A stretch of DNA of 32,281 nt. Origin: Sedimentisphaeraceae bacterium JB056. GTDB taxonomy: Bacteria; Planctomycetota; Phycisphaerae; Sedimentisphaerales; Sedimentisphaeraceae. The first letter of the stretch is position 1. Every line of letters starts with the position of its first letter. The position numbers and the translations under genes were made by a program. Under the pieces are notes generated by a model. It was not told the origin of the DNA and did not search any database. It was given only the letters and a program-made list of their open reading frames with translations. This document shows, piece after piece, positions 1 to 8,582 of this stretch. The stretch covers positions 1 to 32,281 of the forward strand of contig JBITAJ010000010.1 of the NCBI GenBank assembly GCA_044440125.1. Reading direction: 5' to 3'.

Positions 1-2
1 GA

Positions 3-3000
3 AGAACGTGGTATTATGACAGGGATTCTGATTTCGACCTTGTGAGTGTTACCAAGCCGATAACCGGAACATCTGGAAACATCACCAATACGTATACCTA
101 TGATGATGATCATAACCTGCTTACCATGACAGACGGAGCTGGCCAGACGTGGCAGAACAATATTTATACCGATGGCCGCATCTCTGCACAGGCCTACGGC
201 ACGGGGTATTTCAATAATACATATTATTTCCGTCAGGATGACCCGAATATCGTTGATCATGTCTATACTACAGATAGAAACGGCAATGCTCAGAGTATTT
301 ATCTCACAAAGACCGGACTGATAAGGCAAAAAGTCGTAGACCTTGGCGGCGGTGAATATGCCACTACAGAGTATACATATGATTTTGATGCGACCGGCGC
401 AGAGGAGCTTGAAAGCGAGTGCCTGGTTACTGAAATAGAGATGCCTGCCGGTGATATATATGAGTTTGATTATGATAGCTGGGGCAATCTGACGAGTCGG
501 ACTCATAAGACGAGTGAGACGGATGGGAGGATAACCACTTCGTATACTTATACGAATGATATTTACAGCTTACCTACAAGCGTTACTGACGGGCAGGGCA
601 ATACTACAAGTTTTACGTATGATACTAACTACAATCTGACTAAGATTACTCTGTCGCAGATAGATGTTAGCGATCCTAATAACCCGGGTACTCTGCAAAC
701 GATAAATCCTGAATATGAGTTTACGTATAATACATACGGACAGGTTGAAAATGTCTATCTGCCTGATGAAACGAAGATTCATTACGATTATGATAATGAC
801 GGGTTTGTAACAAGCGTTATCTATGATTACGGCACATCAGAGAATAACCAGAATATAACATACAGCTTTACATATGACAGCCGGGGTAATATTGCAAGTG
901 TAACCGATCCTGATAATATTGTAACCGGCTATGACTATGACAATATAAACAGGCTCATCGAGATATCCGATGCCTTGAACTCAAAAACAAAATTTACTTA
1001 TAATGATGCTTCGCTTGTTGAGGGTGTTTATCGTCAGCTTGGAGCAAGCTTCAACGAAAATACCGCGATAAATTTATCTTTTACGTATAACAGCGTCGAT
1101 AAGCTTACGAGTATTACGGACTCGCTTGGCAGGGTAACACAGTTTACGCTTGATAATAATGATAATATCGAAGAGGCGGCAGACCCGCAAGGCTGCGTTA
1201 GCGGATATTCAACGGTTTACAGTTATAATGCATTCGATCAGGTAACAAGCGTTACTAAGCCGGAGGATTATAATACTGCTACGGGCAATCAGAATGTTAC
1301 GAGTATTGATTATACTGTTGACGGCTTGACTGAGACAGTTACCGATGCCGCGGGCGAAGAGACTAACTATTATTATGATGGGTATCGCAGGCTTACAAAA
1401 GTAGAATATCCAGACCTTAGCACAGAAGAATATACCTATGACGATAATGGGAGCGTCTTAAGCGAGACAAAACGTGACGGCTCTGCAATCTATTATAATT
1501 ATGATTCGCTGGGCAGGCTTATTGACAAGGCAGTTGACCCAGCCAGCGGCGAAGATCTGATTGGCACTACTAACGGTCTGCTTGATGGGTATATGACTAC
1601 CGGCACATGGACTGCGGTAACTGACAGCACGTGCATCGGCGGCAGGTACGCGATGACAAGCGACCCGAATGCCACCTATACGCTCTTTGGAAATGAGGCG
1701 GGCAGGTTTGCTGTGCTTGTAAGATATCCATCGTTTGGAGCTTCAAGCAACAGTGAGACGAAGGTTCTCTTCGGTAATCGGCTTGAGCCTGAAGCTGAGT
1801 TCGTTCTTGACCAGAGCACCGGCGGCGACAGCTGGGTTTATGTTGGTATAGGTGAGTTTGGAGAGTTGCCGCAAGTTACCGTCTACAGCAACGGCAGCAG
1901 TGATATCACGGCGATTGATGCTGTGAAGTTTGTGCCGGTAAAATCGTTCGAATATGATATTATGGGGAGGATAACAGGCATAAGGCATCAGGCACAAGGC
2001 ACAAGCCAATCAACTTACAGCAATACGTTCACTTATGACAGAGCAGGCAGGCTTGCAGAAGTAAAAGATGGATATGGCAGACGGATTAAATACGAATATT
2101 ATCCTTCTGGCAAGCGAAGCAAGATGACCTGGCCGGATGGGTTTTACGTTCTTTATTATTACAATAACGTGGGTGATTTGTGGAAGATTGTTGACATGGA
2201 TTCTCATGTGCTGGTGGAATATTCTTATGATATGGTGGGCAGGATTACGGATATTGCTAAGCCGCGATTGTCGAGTGTTTACGATTATGAGGACGTGTCT
2301 ACTACGATTGATGATGACAGAGGTGTTTATCTTGACGGCGTCAGCAACACGATTGATTCTGTAACGACAATCGATTACGGCTACAGCCGTGACCTTGCGG
2401 GCAATATCACGACTAAGGTGAGCGAAGGGACAGCGATTGATTATTTGTACGACAAAAATTACTCTCTTACCGGCGTTGATTTTGAGAGCGGGGATGATGT
2501 CAGTTATAATTACGACAATCTATTAAACAGGACGAGTGTAGTTGTTGGTGCGGCTACTGAAAGCTATACGCAAAATCTGCTTGGGCTTAGCCAGTATTCC
2601 GTTGTCGGCAGTGATAATCTGACTTATGATGATAATGGTAACTTGACGCAATACGGCACTTGGAACTATCTTTACGATAGCGAAAATCAGATGATTGCCA
2701 ATTATAACCTCACCGGCGACCCTAATGAGGTCTCGGTCAGTCTTTATTCTTATGATGGTTTCGGGCGGCGTATTGCTTCTGCTTCCGCTACGGGAGTTGA
2801 CAGCGAAGAGAGTCAGCTTTCAGCGACTTATCTTTATGATGGGTTTCAGGTCATCGGTGAGTATGACGGCGAAGGTAATTTGGTTAGACGGTTTGTCTAT
2901 GGCGGCGGGATTGATGAAGTCGTTGCGATGTATACCGTTCCGGCGGCGGAATATTACGATTTCGAGGATTTTGCGCAGATGGCTACAAGCTGGCTTTGTG

Positions 3001-3896
3001 AATCCACAGACCCCGATTACATTGCCGCGGCGGACTTGAACAATAACGGTGTGATAGATGCGAATGATTTGAATAATTTTGCTGAGAATCGCTATCTCAC
3101 GAGAAAGAACAATACATACTATACGAGCTTTTATTCCTATGTTTATGATGGTCAGGGCAATGTTACGGCTTTGCTGAACGCAGACCCGAATTATCCGGCA
3201 ATCGCAGAACGCTACTATTATGATGAATTTGGAGCAGTAAGCATCTACGACCCGAACAACACGCAACTGACATGCTCTGCAATTGGCAATTCATACATGT
3301 TTACGGGACGTAGATATGATTCTGAATCAGGCCTGTATTATTATCGCTATAGGATGTACTCTCCGCAACTTGGCAGGTTTATGCAAACCGACCCTATAGG
3401 TTATTACGACAGTATGAATCTTTATCAATACTGCATAAACAATCCGATTAATTATATTGATCCGTGGGGATTGTATACTCAAGAGGAAAAAGATAGATTT
3501 GTAAAACCCGTTTTAACAGAACAGGATTTAGCTGATGCGGCAGATATGTATTATAGGCAGAGGTTGTCACAAGGCGGAGAACTGGATAGTTGGATAATTG
3601 CTGATACGCCATTCCATGAAATAAATCAGAGATATTCTTATAATGGTAAGAAATACGATAACTCTTCTGTGAATTATATTGCTATTGGTATGAAAGCTGC
3701 CAAAACAGGCATGTCGAAATTTTTAATGAATAGATTAATAAAATACTGGAAAAATGATCGATATTTACATGATCCTTGTGAAGGTGATTATTATTTCGCA
3801 AATTGGGGTTACGATTATTATAATTCAACATACCGGCCACCAGTTCCACGTTCTCCTGCTTGGCCAATCAATCCAGGAATACCAGTGGGATGGTAA
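3..3896 (+). CDS. RHS/YD-repeat polymorphic toxin, 5'-partial (frame is open from position 3: RTWYYDRDSDFDLVSVTKP...)
   Basis: Many YD repeats (YDxxGxL). RHS-associated core FTGRRYDSESGLYYYRYRMYSPQLGRFMQTDPIG...NNPINYIDPWGL. About 140 aa variable C-terminal domain after DPWGL (~3474-3896). No stop codon upstream of the GTG at 42. Confidence 0.95.
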   Translation, partial: RTWYYDRDSDFDLVSVTKPITGTSGNITNTYTYDDDHNLLTMTDGAGQTWQNNIYTDGRISAQAYGTGYFNNTYYFRQDDPNIVDHVYTTDRNGNAQSIYLTKTGLIRQKVVDLGGGEYATTEYTYDFDATGAEELESECLVTEIEMPAGDIYEFDYDSWGNLTSRTHKTSETDGRITTSYTYTNDIYSLPTSVTDGQGNTTSFTYDTNYNLTKITLSQIDVSDPNNPGTLQTINPEYEFTYNTYGQVENVYLPDETKIHYDYDNDGFVTSVIYDYGTSENNQNITYSFTYDSRGNIASVTDPDNIVTGYDYDNINRLIEISDALNSKTKFTYNDASLVEGVYRQLGASFNENTAINLSFTYNSVDKLTSITDSLGRVTQFTLDNNDNIEEAADPQGCVSGYSTVYSYNAFDQVTSVTKPEDYNTATGNQNVTSIDYTVDGLTETVTDAAGEETNYYYDGYRRLTKVEYPDLSTEEYTYDDNGSVLSETKRDGSAIYYNYDSLGRLIDKAVDPASGEDLIGTTNGLLDGYMTTGTWTAVTDSTCIGGRYAMTSDPNATYTLFGNEAGRFAVLVRYPSFGASSNSETKVLFGNRLEPEAEFVLDQSTGGDSWVYVGIGEFGELPQVTVYSNGSSDITAIDAVKFVPVKSFEYDIMGRITGIRHQAQGTSQSTYSNTFTYDRAGRLAEVKDGYGRRIKYEYYPSGKRSKMTWPDGFYVLYYYNNVGDLWKIVDMDSHVLVEYSYDMVGRITDIAKPRLSSVYDYEDVSTTIDDDRGVYLDGVSNTIDSVTTIDYGYSRDLAGNITTKVSEGTAIDYLYDKNYSLTGVDFESGDDVSYNYDNLLNRTSVVVGAATESYTQNLLGLSQYSVVGSDNLTYDDNGNLTQYGTWNYLYDSENQMIANYNLTGDPNEVSVSLYSYDGFGRRIASASATGVDSEESQLSATYLYDGFQVIGEYDGEGNLVRRFVYGGGIDEVVAMYTVPAAEYYDFEDFAQMATSWLCESTDPDYIAAADLNNNGVIDANDLNNFAENRYLTRKNNTYYTSFYSYVYDGQGNVTALLNADPNYPAIAERYYYDEFGAVSIYDPNNTQLTCSAIGNSYMFTGRRYDSESGLYYYRYRMYSPQLGRFMQTDPIGYYDSMNLYQYCINNPINYIDPWGLYTQEEKDRFVKPVLTEQDLADAADMYYRQRLSQGGELDSWIIADTPFHEINQRYSYNGKKYDNSSVNYIAIGMKAAKTGMSKFLMNRLIKYWKNDRYLHDPCEGDYYFANWGYDYYNSTYRPPVPRSPAWPINPGIPVGW

Positions 3897-3926
3897 ACTA
3901 AAATTATTGTAGATGAGGTTGTTAAT

Positions 3927-4601
3927 ATGAAGAATAAATTATCAATAGGAAGCAAGTTAGGTTTAGTCAGTGGGTTGTTTTTGTTGTTTTCTGGTATGTT
4001 TTTGAGTAAATATATACCTGAGGAGATTATAAACGAATCTGCCACCTTAACACAAACAGATATAACTTACAAACTTTCTATGATTTGCATGTTATATGAT
4101 TTTATTTGTGGTTTTGCAATAGCGTTTTTTGTAATAGTGGGGTTTGTTTGTATCTTGAAAAAAACAACACCAATTATTGTTACAATGTATGTTTTAGTCA
4201 TCGCAATTCTATCGTTTGCTTTTATATACTTTCCGAAAACAGAAAAACCATGGTATCGGTATCAGTTTACAGGGTTTATTGAGGGCGTTAAGCAAAATAT
4301 AGACCAGAAAGAATTTCGAGAGTGGTCGGAAAATGTTACAGGTGATGTTAAAGATGGTGGAAACAAGATGTTCGGTAGAGGAGAGTTATCTTTTTTGTCA
4401 AAAAATGAGGAATTTGAATGTGAGACATATGTGAATAAATATAAAAATGATAGGTATGAGATTAAAATGCACTGGGGTGGCCCTATGGGACATTATGGAT
4501 TATATGTGACCAATGATTTGGAAAAGCTTAATTATATGAAAAGCAATAATGATGTTGTGGAAGTTTATGAAAATATCTGGGCATGGACTGAAAATAAATG
4601 A
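3927..4601 (+). CDS. Putative immunity protein (about 3 N-terminal TM helices plus a soluble C-terminal domain) for the upstream RHS toxin
   Basis: Lies directly after the toxin stop. GAGG RBS, AT-rich, hydrophobic segments. Paralog of 7882-8556, which follows the paralogous toxin. Confidence 0.75.
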   Translation: MKNKLSIGSKLGLVSGLFLLFSGMFLSKYIPEEIINESATLTQTDITYKLSMICMLYDFICGFAIAFFVIVGFVCILKKTTPIIVTMYVLVIAILSFAFIYFPKTEKPWYRYQFTGFIEGVKQNIDQKEFREWSENVTGDVKDGGNKMFGRGELSFLSKNEEFECETYVNKYKNDRYEIKMHWGGPMGHYGLYVTNDLEKLNYMKSNNDVVEVYENIWAWTENK

Positions 4602-6397
4602 ACATTTTCAGCTATGCCAGCGCGGGCAGATCTGTATGGCCCGATGGCTTCTATGTTACTTATGGATACGATGCTTGCGGCAGGCTCAATGCTGTTTACA
4701 ATAGCAACAGCAGCGTGCTTTGGTCTTGCAGCTATGATTCCGCCGGCCGCCGTACTCAAACAACCGGTGTTTACGGCTTAACGACTGATTACGATTATGA
4801 AGATGTGTCGAGTACCCTTGAAGATGAACGGGGAATTTATCTTGATGGGTTGAGTAATACGCTGGGTAGTTTGTCGCTGGATTTTACTTATAGCCGTGAT
4901 TTAGCCGGTAATATTACCACCGAGACAAGCGGCGGCGTGGATATAAGCTATCTCTACGATAAGAATTATTCGTTGACTTCGGTTGATTACGAAACGGGCG
5001 ATGATATTACCTTCGATTATGATAATCTCCTTAACAGGATGAGCGTTGTAGAGGGAACATCAACCACGAATTACACGAAATACACTAACGGCTTGAATCA
5101 GTATTCGGCTGTGGGGACGGCGAGCCTTGAGTATGATGACAACGGCAACCTGACGCAGCACGGCACGTGGCATTATCTCTACAATAGTGAGAATCAGATG
5201 ATTGCCACATATAATCTCACCGGCGACCCGAATGAAGTTGTTGTCAGTCTTTACGGTTATGATGAATTAGGCAGAAGGACAAACAAGGCATCAGCGGTTG
5301 GCGTTGAATCAACAACCGGCTCCGTTGCAGAGAGCTATCTCTATGACGGCTTCCAGGTTATTGGCGAGTATAATACTGATGGCTTGCATATCAAACGCAG
5401 ATTTATTTATGCTTCCGGCATTGATGAGCCTGTTTTGATGGTGGTAGAACCGCAGCACGAAGGCTGGTATGGCTTGGCAGAATTCAGCAGTATTGCTGAT
5501 CATTGGCTTTGCGAAGATGGGGACGCGTGTTTTGATGAAGCGTTTGACTTTAATGCTAATGATATTATAGACGCAAGCGACCTCACTATGTTCGTCGCAG
5601 ACTACTACCTTGACGATAGACCACTGCTTGGGAAAAGTGAATATTATGGCTATGTGTTTGACGGAGCAAACAACGTGGTTGCCATGACATTCAAAAACGA
5701 TCCGAACGAAACAGGCAATCCGAATGAAACACCATATTTTATTGAGACATACACTTACGATCTATTCGGCGCCGTGACAATCTACGATCCTAATGGCATA
5801 TCTTTAACAGATTCAGCAATCGGTAATCCATATATGTTTACGGGTAGACGCTACGATAACGAAAGCAGATTATATTATTATCGCTATCGCATGTATTCGC
5901 CGCAGCTCGGTCGCTTCATGCAAACAGATCCGATAGGTTATTATGACAGTATTAATCTATATCAGTATTGCGGAAACAATCCGATTAATTGGATAGACCC
6001 GTGGGGATTGTGGATGTTTACTTTTGGTGGTAGTGTAACTAAAGGTGAAGGTATTGGTCATACTGGAGGCTCTGGTTTTTATCTCGGTTGGTCAAGGTCA
6101 AAGGGCTGGTTCTGGGGTACTTATCAGATGTATGGTAATGGCATAACTGCTGGTGCAGGAGTGTCTGTGACTATTGATGTAGGCTTTTCAAAAAATGCTA
6201 AAAAAGGTAGTGATATTTCGGGGCATGCTGTTGAAGTTGGTGGTTCAGGAGGAGTTAGCTTAGGAGGAGGAGGTACAGCAACCGTTGGCTCGAATGGCGG
6301 AGCTACTATTTATACGGGCTCTGTTGGATTCGTTGGTGGTGGTGAAAGTCACGTTTATAATACAGTTACAATAATTCAAGAAAATGGGGGTTGGTAA
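4598..6397 (+). CDS. Orphan RHS module (C-terminal part of the RHS shell) with a Gly-rich C-terminal toxin domain
   Basis: Homologous to the main RHS from WPDGFYV onward. Intact PQLGRFMQTDPIG...DPWGL core and a different C-terminal domain. ATGA overlap with the upstream gene's stop. Confidence 0.9.
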   Translation: MNIFSYASAGRSVWPDGFYVTYGYDACGRLNAVYNSNSSVLWSCSYDSAGRRTQTTGVYGLTTDYDYEDVSSTLEDERGIYLDGLSNTLGSLSLDFTYSRDLAGNITTETSGGVDISYLYDKNYSLTSVDYETGDDITFDYDNLLNRMSVVEGTSTTNYTKYTNGLNQYSAVGTASLEYDDNGNLTQHGTWHYLYNSENQMIATYNLTGDPNEVVVSLYGYDELGRRTNKASAVGVESTTGSVAESYLYDGFQVIGEYNTDGLHIKRRFIYASGIDEPVLMVVEPQHEGWYGLAEFSSIADHWLCEDGDACFDEAFDFNANDIIDASDLTMFVADYYLDDRPLLGKSEYYGYVFDGANNVVAMTFKNDPNETGNPNETPYFIETYTYDLFGAVTIYDPNGISLTDSAIGNPYMFTGRRYDNESRLYYYRYRMYSPQLGRFMQTDPIGYYDSINLYQYCGNNPINWIDPWGLWMFTFGGSVTKGEGIGHTGGSGFYLGWSRSKGWFWGTYQMYGNGITAGAGVSVTIDVGFSKNAKKGSDISGHAVEVGGSGGVSLGGGGTATVGSNGGATIYTGSVGFVGGGESHVYNTVTIIQENGGW

Positions 6398-6398
6398 T

Positions 6399-6773
6399 AT
6401 GCTAATTCAAGTTTCTGTTACTATTCTGGTTATAATTTTTGTTTTAGTAGTTGCTACAATTATTTATCATCAATTTATGTTATTTCTGTTTAAACAGGAG
6501 ATAAAGAAAACTGATCCAGATATGCATCCGATAGTTAAATTGGGGCATTCTATTTATATTGGCACTGGTGATGCTTTGGATGAAATGGGGGTTTTTGAGA
6601 GAATAAAAACTTTTAACAAAGAGCTGAAGTCGTCTTTTCCTACAGGTATATGTGAGCTTGATAATTGTTATGATAGACTTAAAAAAGCGGAAAAGATAAT
6701 GGTGATAACATTCATAGCCTTGCTTTGTTACTTGCCTGTTTTTGTAATTGTGGCAATTTTGACGTCGAAATAA
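6399..6773 (+). CDS. Small 2-TM membrane protein, putative immunity protein for the Gly-rich toxin
   Basis: ATG 1 nt after the toxin stop. Hydrophobic N- and C-terminal helices. AT-rich. Confidence 0.65.
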   Translation: MLIQVSVTILVIIFVLVVATIIYHQFMLFLFKQEIKKTDPDMHPIVKLGHSIYIGTGDALDEMGVFERIKTFNKELKSSFPTGICELDNCYDRLKKAEKIMVITFIALLCYLPVFVIVAILTSK

Positions 6774-7045
6774 TGATAGATACATTAAAATATTTTTGGC
6801 AAATAGGTTTCGGTTTGATGTTGTTTTTCTTTTTCCTAAGGAAAATCATCATAGCCAGACATGGTTATAAATTTTTCCCATTCGCTACGCTTTTCTACGA
6901 CTGGGGTTCAATGAATAAGATTATTGCAGATAGTGGTAAAAAGCTTAAAATATGGTTGATAATGATTAATTGGAGCATTCTGTTTTTTCAAATCATGGCG
7001 AGTATCTTGTTGCTATGGTATTTGTTTGCAAATGATCTTTTATAG
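6773..7045 (+). CDS. Small 2-TM membrane protein, second putative or orphan immunity protein
   Basis: TAATG stop/start overlap at 6771-6775, a better start than 6725. Two hydrophobic helices. Confidence 0.6.
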   Translation: MIDTLKYFWQIGFGLMLFFFFLRKIIIARHGYKFFPFATLFYDWGSMNKIIADSGKKLKIWLIMINWSILFFQIMASILLLWYLFANDLL

Positions 7046-7060
7046 GAGATAAATATAAAA

Positions 7061-7852
7061 TATTACGGCTACGTTTTTGACGGCACTAATAATGTCGTTG
7101 CAATGACCTATTGCAACGACCCCAACGAAACCGGCAATCCGAATGAACTGCCGTGCTTCGTGGAAACATATAAATATGACCCATTCGGTGCCGTAACAAT
7201 CTACGACCCCAATGGCATATTTTTAACAGATTCAGCCATCGGCAACCCGTATATGTTTACCTGCAGACGCTACGACAGCGAAAGCGGATTATATTATTAT
7301 CGCTATCGCATGTATTCGCCGCAACTTGGCCGCTTTATGCAAACCGGCCCTATAGGTTATTACGACAGTATGAATCTTTATCAATGCTGCATAAACAATC
7401 CAATTAATTATATTGATCCTTTGGGTTTGTACACACGTGAAGAAGTAGATAGGTTTAGAAAGCCGGTTCTAACAGAGCAGGATTTGGCTGATGCGGCAGA
7501 TATGTATTATAGGCAGAGATTATCACAGAGCAGAGAACAGGATGGTTGGTTGAATGCTGATAGTCCATATCGCTATATAAAACAGAAATATTCTTATAAT
7601 GGTAAGAAATATGATGACTCATCAGTAAATTATATAGCAATTGGAATGAAAGCTGCAAGAGATGGACGCACTCTTGGACAAATGTACCTATTCATGATTG
7701 GCTGGAAGTTATGCAAACCAGACCCGCACCTTCCTTGTTGGGGTGATTACTATTTTGCAAATTGGGGTTATGATTATTATTATGACAATTATTCAGATGG
7801 GAATGCACCTGTTACGCCAAGTATGCCACATATTCCTTATGTCCCATATTAA
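7061..7852 (+). CDS. Short orphan RHS core plus C-terminal toxin (paralog of the main toxin CT), probably degenerate
   Basis: RHS homology starts in frame at 7061 (YYGYVFDG..NVVAM), upstream of the ATG at 7103. The core has substitutions FTCRR, QTGPIG and YQCC. The CT shares blocks with 3474-3896. Confidence 0.85.
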   Translation, partial: YYGYVFDGTNNVVAMTYCNDPNETGNPNELPCFVETYKYDPFGAVTIYDPNGIFLTDSAIGNPYMFTCRRYDSESGLYYYRYRMYSPQLGRFMQTGPIGYYDSMNLYQCCINNPINYIDPLGLYTREEVDRFRKPVLTEQDLADAADMYYRQRLSQSREQDGWLNADSPYRYIKQKYSYNGKKYDDSSVNYIAIGMKAARDGRTLGQMYLFMIGWKLCKPDPHLPCWGDYYFANWGYDYYYDNYSDGNAPVTPSMPHIPYVPY

Positions 7853-7881
7853 AGTAAAATTCATTAAAGAAAGATAAGAAT

Positions 7882-8556
7882 ATGAAATTTAAAATGACAA
7901 AAAAACTGAAAATTGATATTCTCCTATTGTCACTCGTTATTATAATTGGGGTAGCATTTTGTTCGTACAGTACTGAAGAAATTTACAATAAGGCATATTC
8001 TTTAGCTAACGGGTTTCATGTTCAATCGATTTCTGTGGCGGTAAATTTAGTGTATAAACTATTTTGCATTATCCTGCTCATAAGATATTTAATTATCTTT
8101 TGTTTATATCTGAATGCAAAAAAATGGAAATTATCTATTACATACTTTATTTTTCTGTTTGTGTCACTGTTAATGATTAGATATTTACCATTTCCGAAAC
8201 CAATGGGACTATGTGAGTTTGAAGGATTTGTTGCAGGAGTCAAAGAAAATATTGATGAGCAACAGTTTCGTGAGTGGATAGATACAACATTGGCCGGTAT
8301 TGAAGATGATGATGGTGGCGTGATGATTCAAATGAGTGAATTAGCATTTCTCTCAAAAAACGGCATAATGGAGTGCGATGGTACTGTGGATAAATATGAC
8401 TCAAAATATTATGAAATCAGACTTATATGGGGAAATGTATTAGCTGGCCATTACGGTTTAATGATAACTAATGATCCCCAAAGGTTGAATTATGTTAAAG
8501 AAAATAGACGTGTTGTGGAAGTATACGAAGATATCTGGGCATGGACTGAGAATTAA
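7882..8556 (+). CDS. Putative immunity protein, divergent paralog of 3927-4601
   Basis: Same length (224 aa). Shared motifs GFxxGVKxNID, ELxFLSKN, HYGL and VVEVYExIWAWTEN. Confidence 0.75.
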   Translation: MKFKMTKKLKIDILLLSLVIIIGVAFCSYSTEEIYNKAYSLANGFHVQSISVAVNLVYKLFCIILLIRYLIIFCLYLNAKKWKLSITYFIFLFVSLLMIRYLPFPKPMGLCEFEGFVAGVKENIDEQQFREWIDTTLAGIEDDDGGVMIQMSELAFLSKNGIMECDGTVDKYDSKYYEIRLIWGNVLAGHYGLMITNDPQRLNYVKENRRVVEVYEDIWAWTEN

Positions 8557-8582
8557 TAAAAGCAGCAATACATTAGATTGTC

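Noticed and set aside
42..44. GTG at 42 as the RHS start
   Set aside because: The frame is open to the window edge and reads as YD-repeat sequence, so the gene begins upstream.
7338..7430. DGR-like A-to-G mutagenesis between RHS repeats
   Set aside because: Only two A-to-G changes, other change types are present, and there is no reverse transcriptase in the window.
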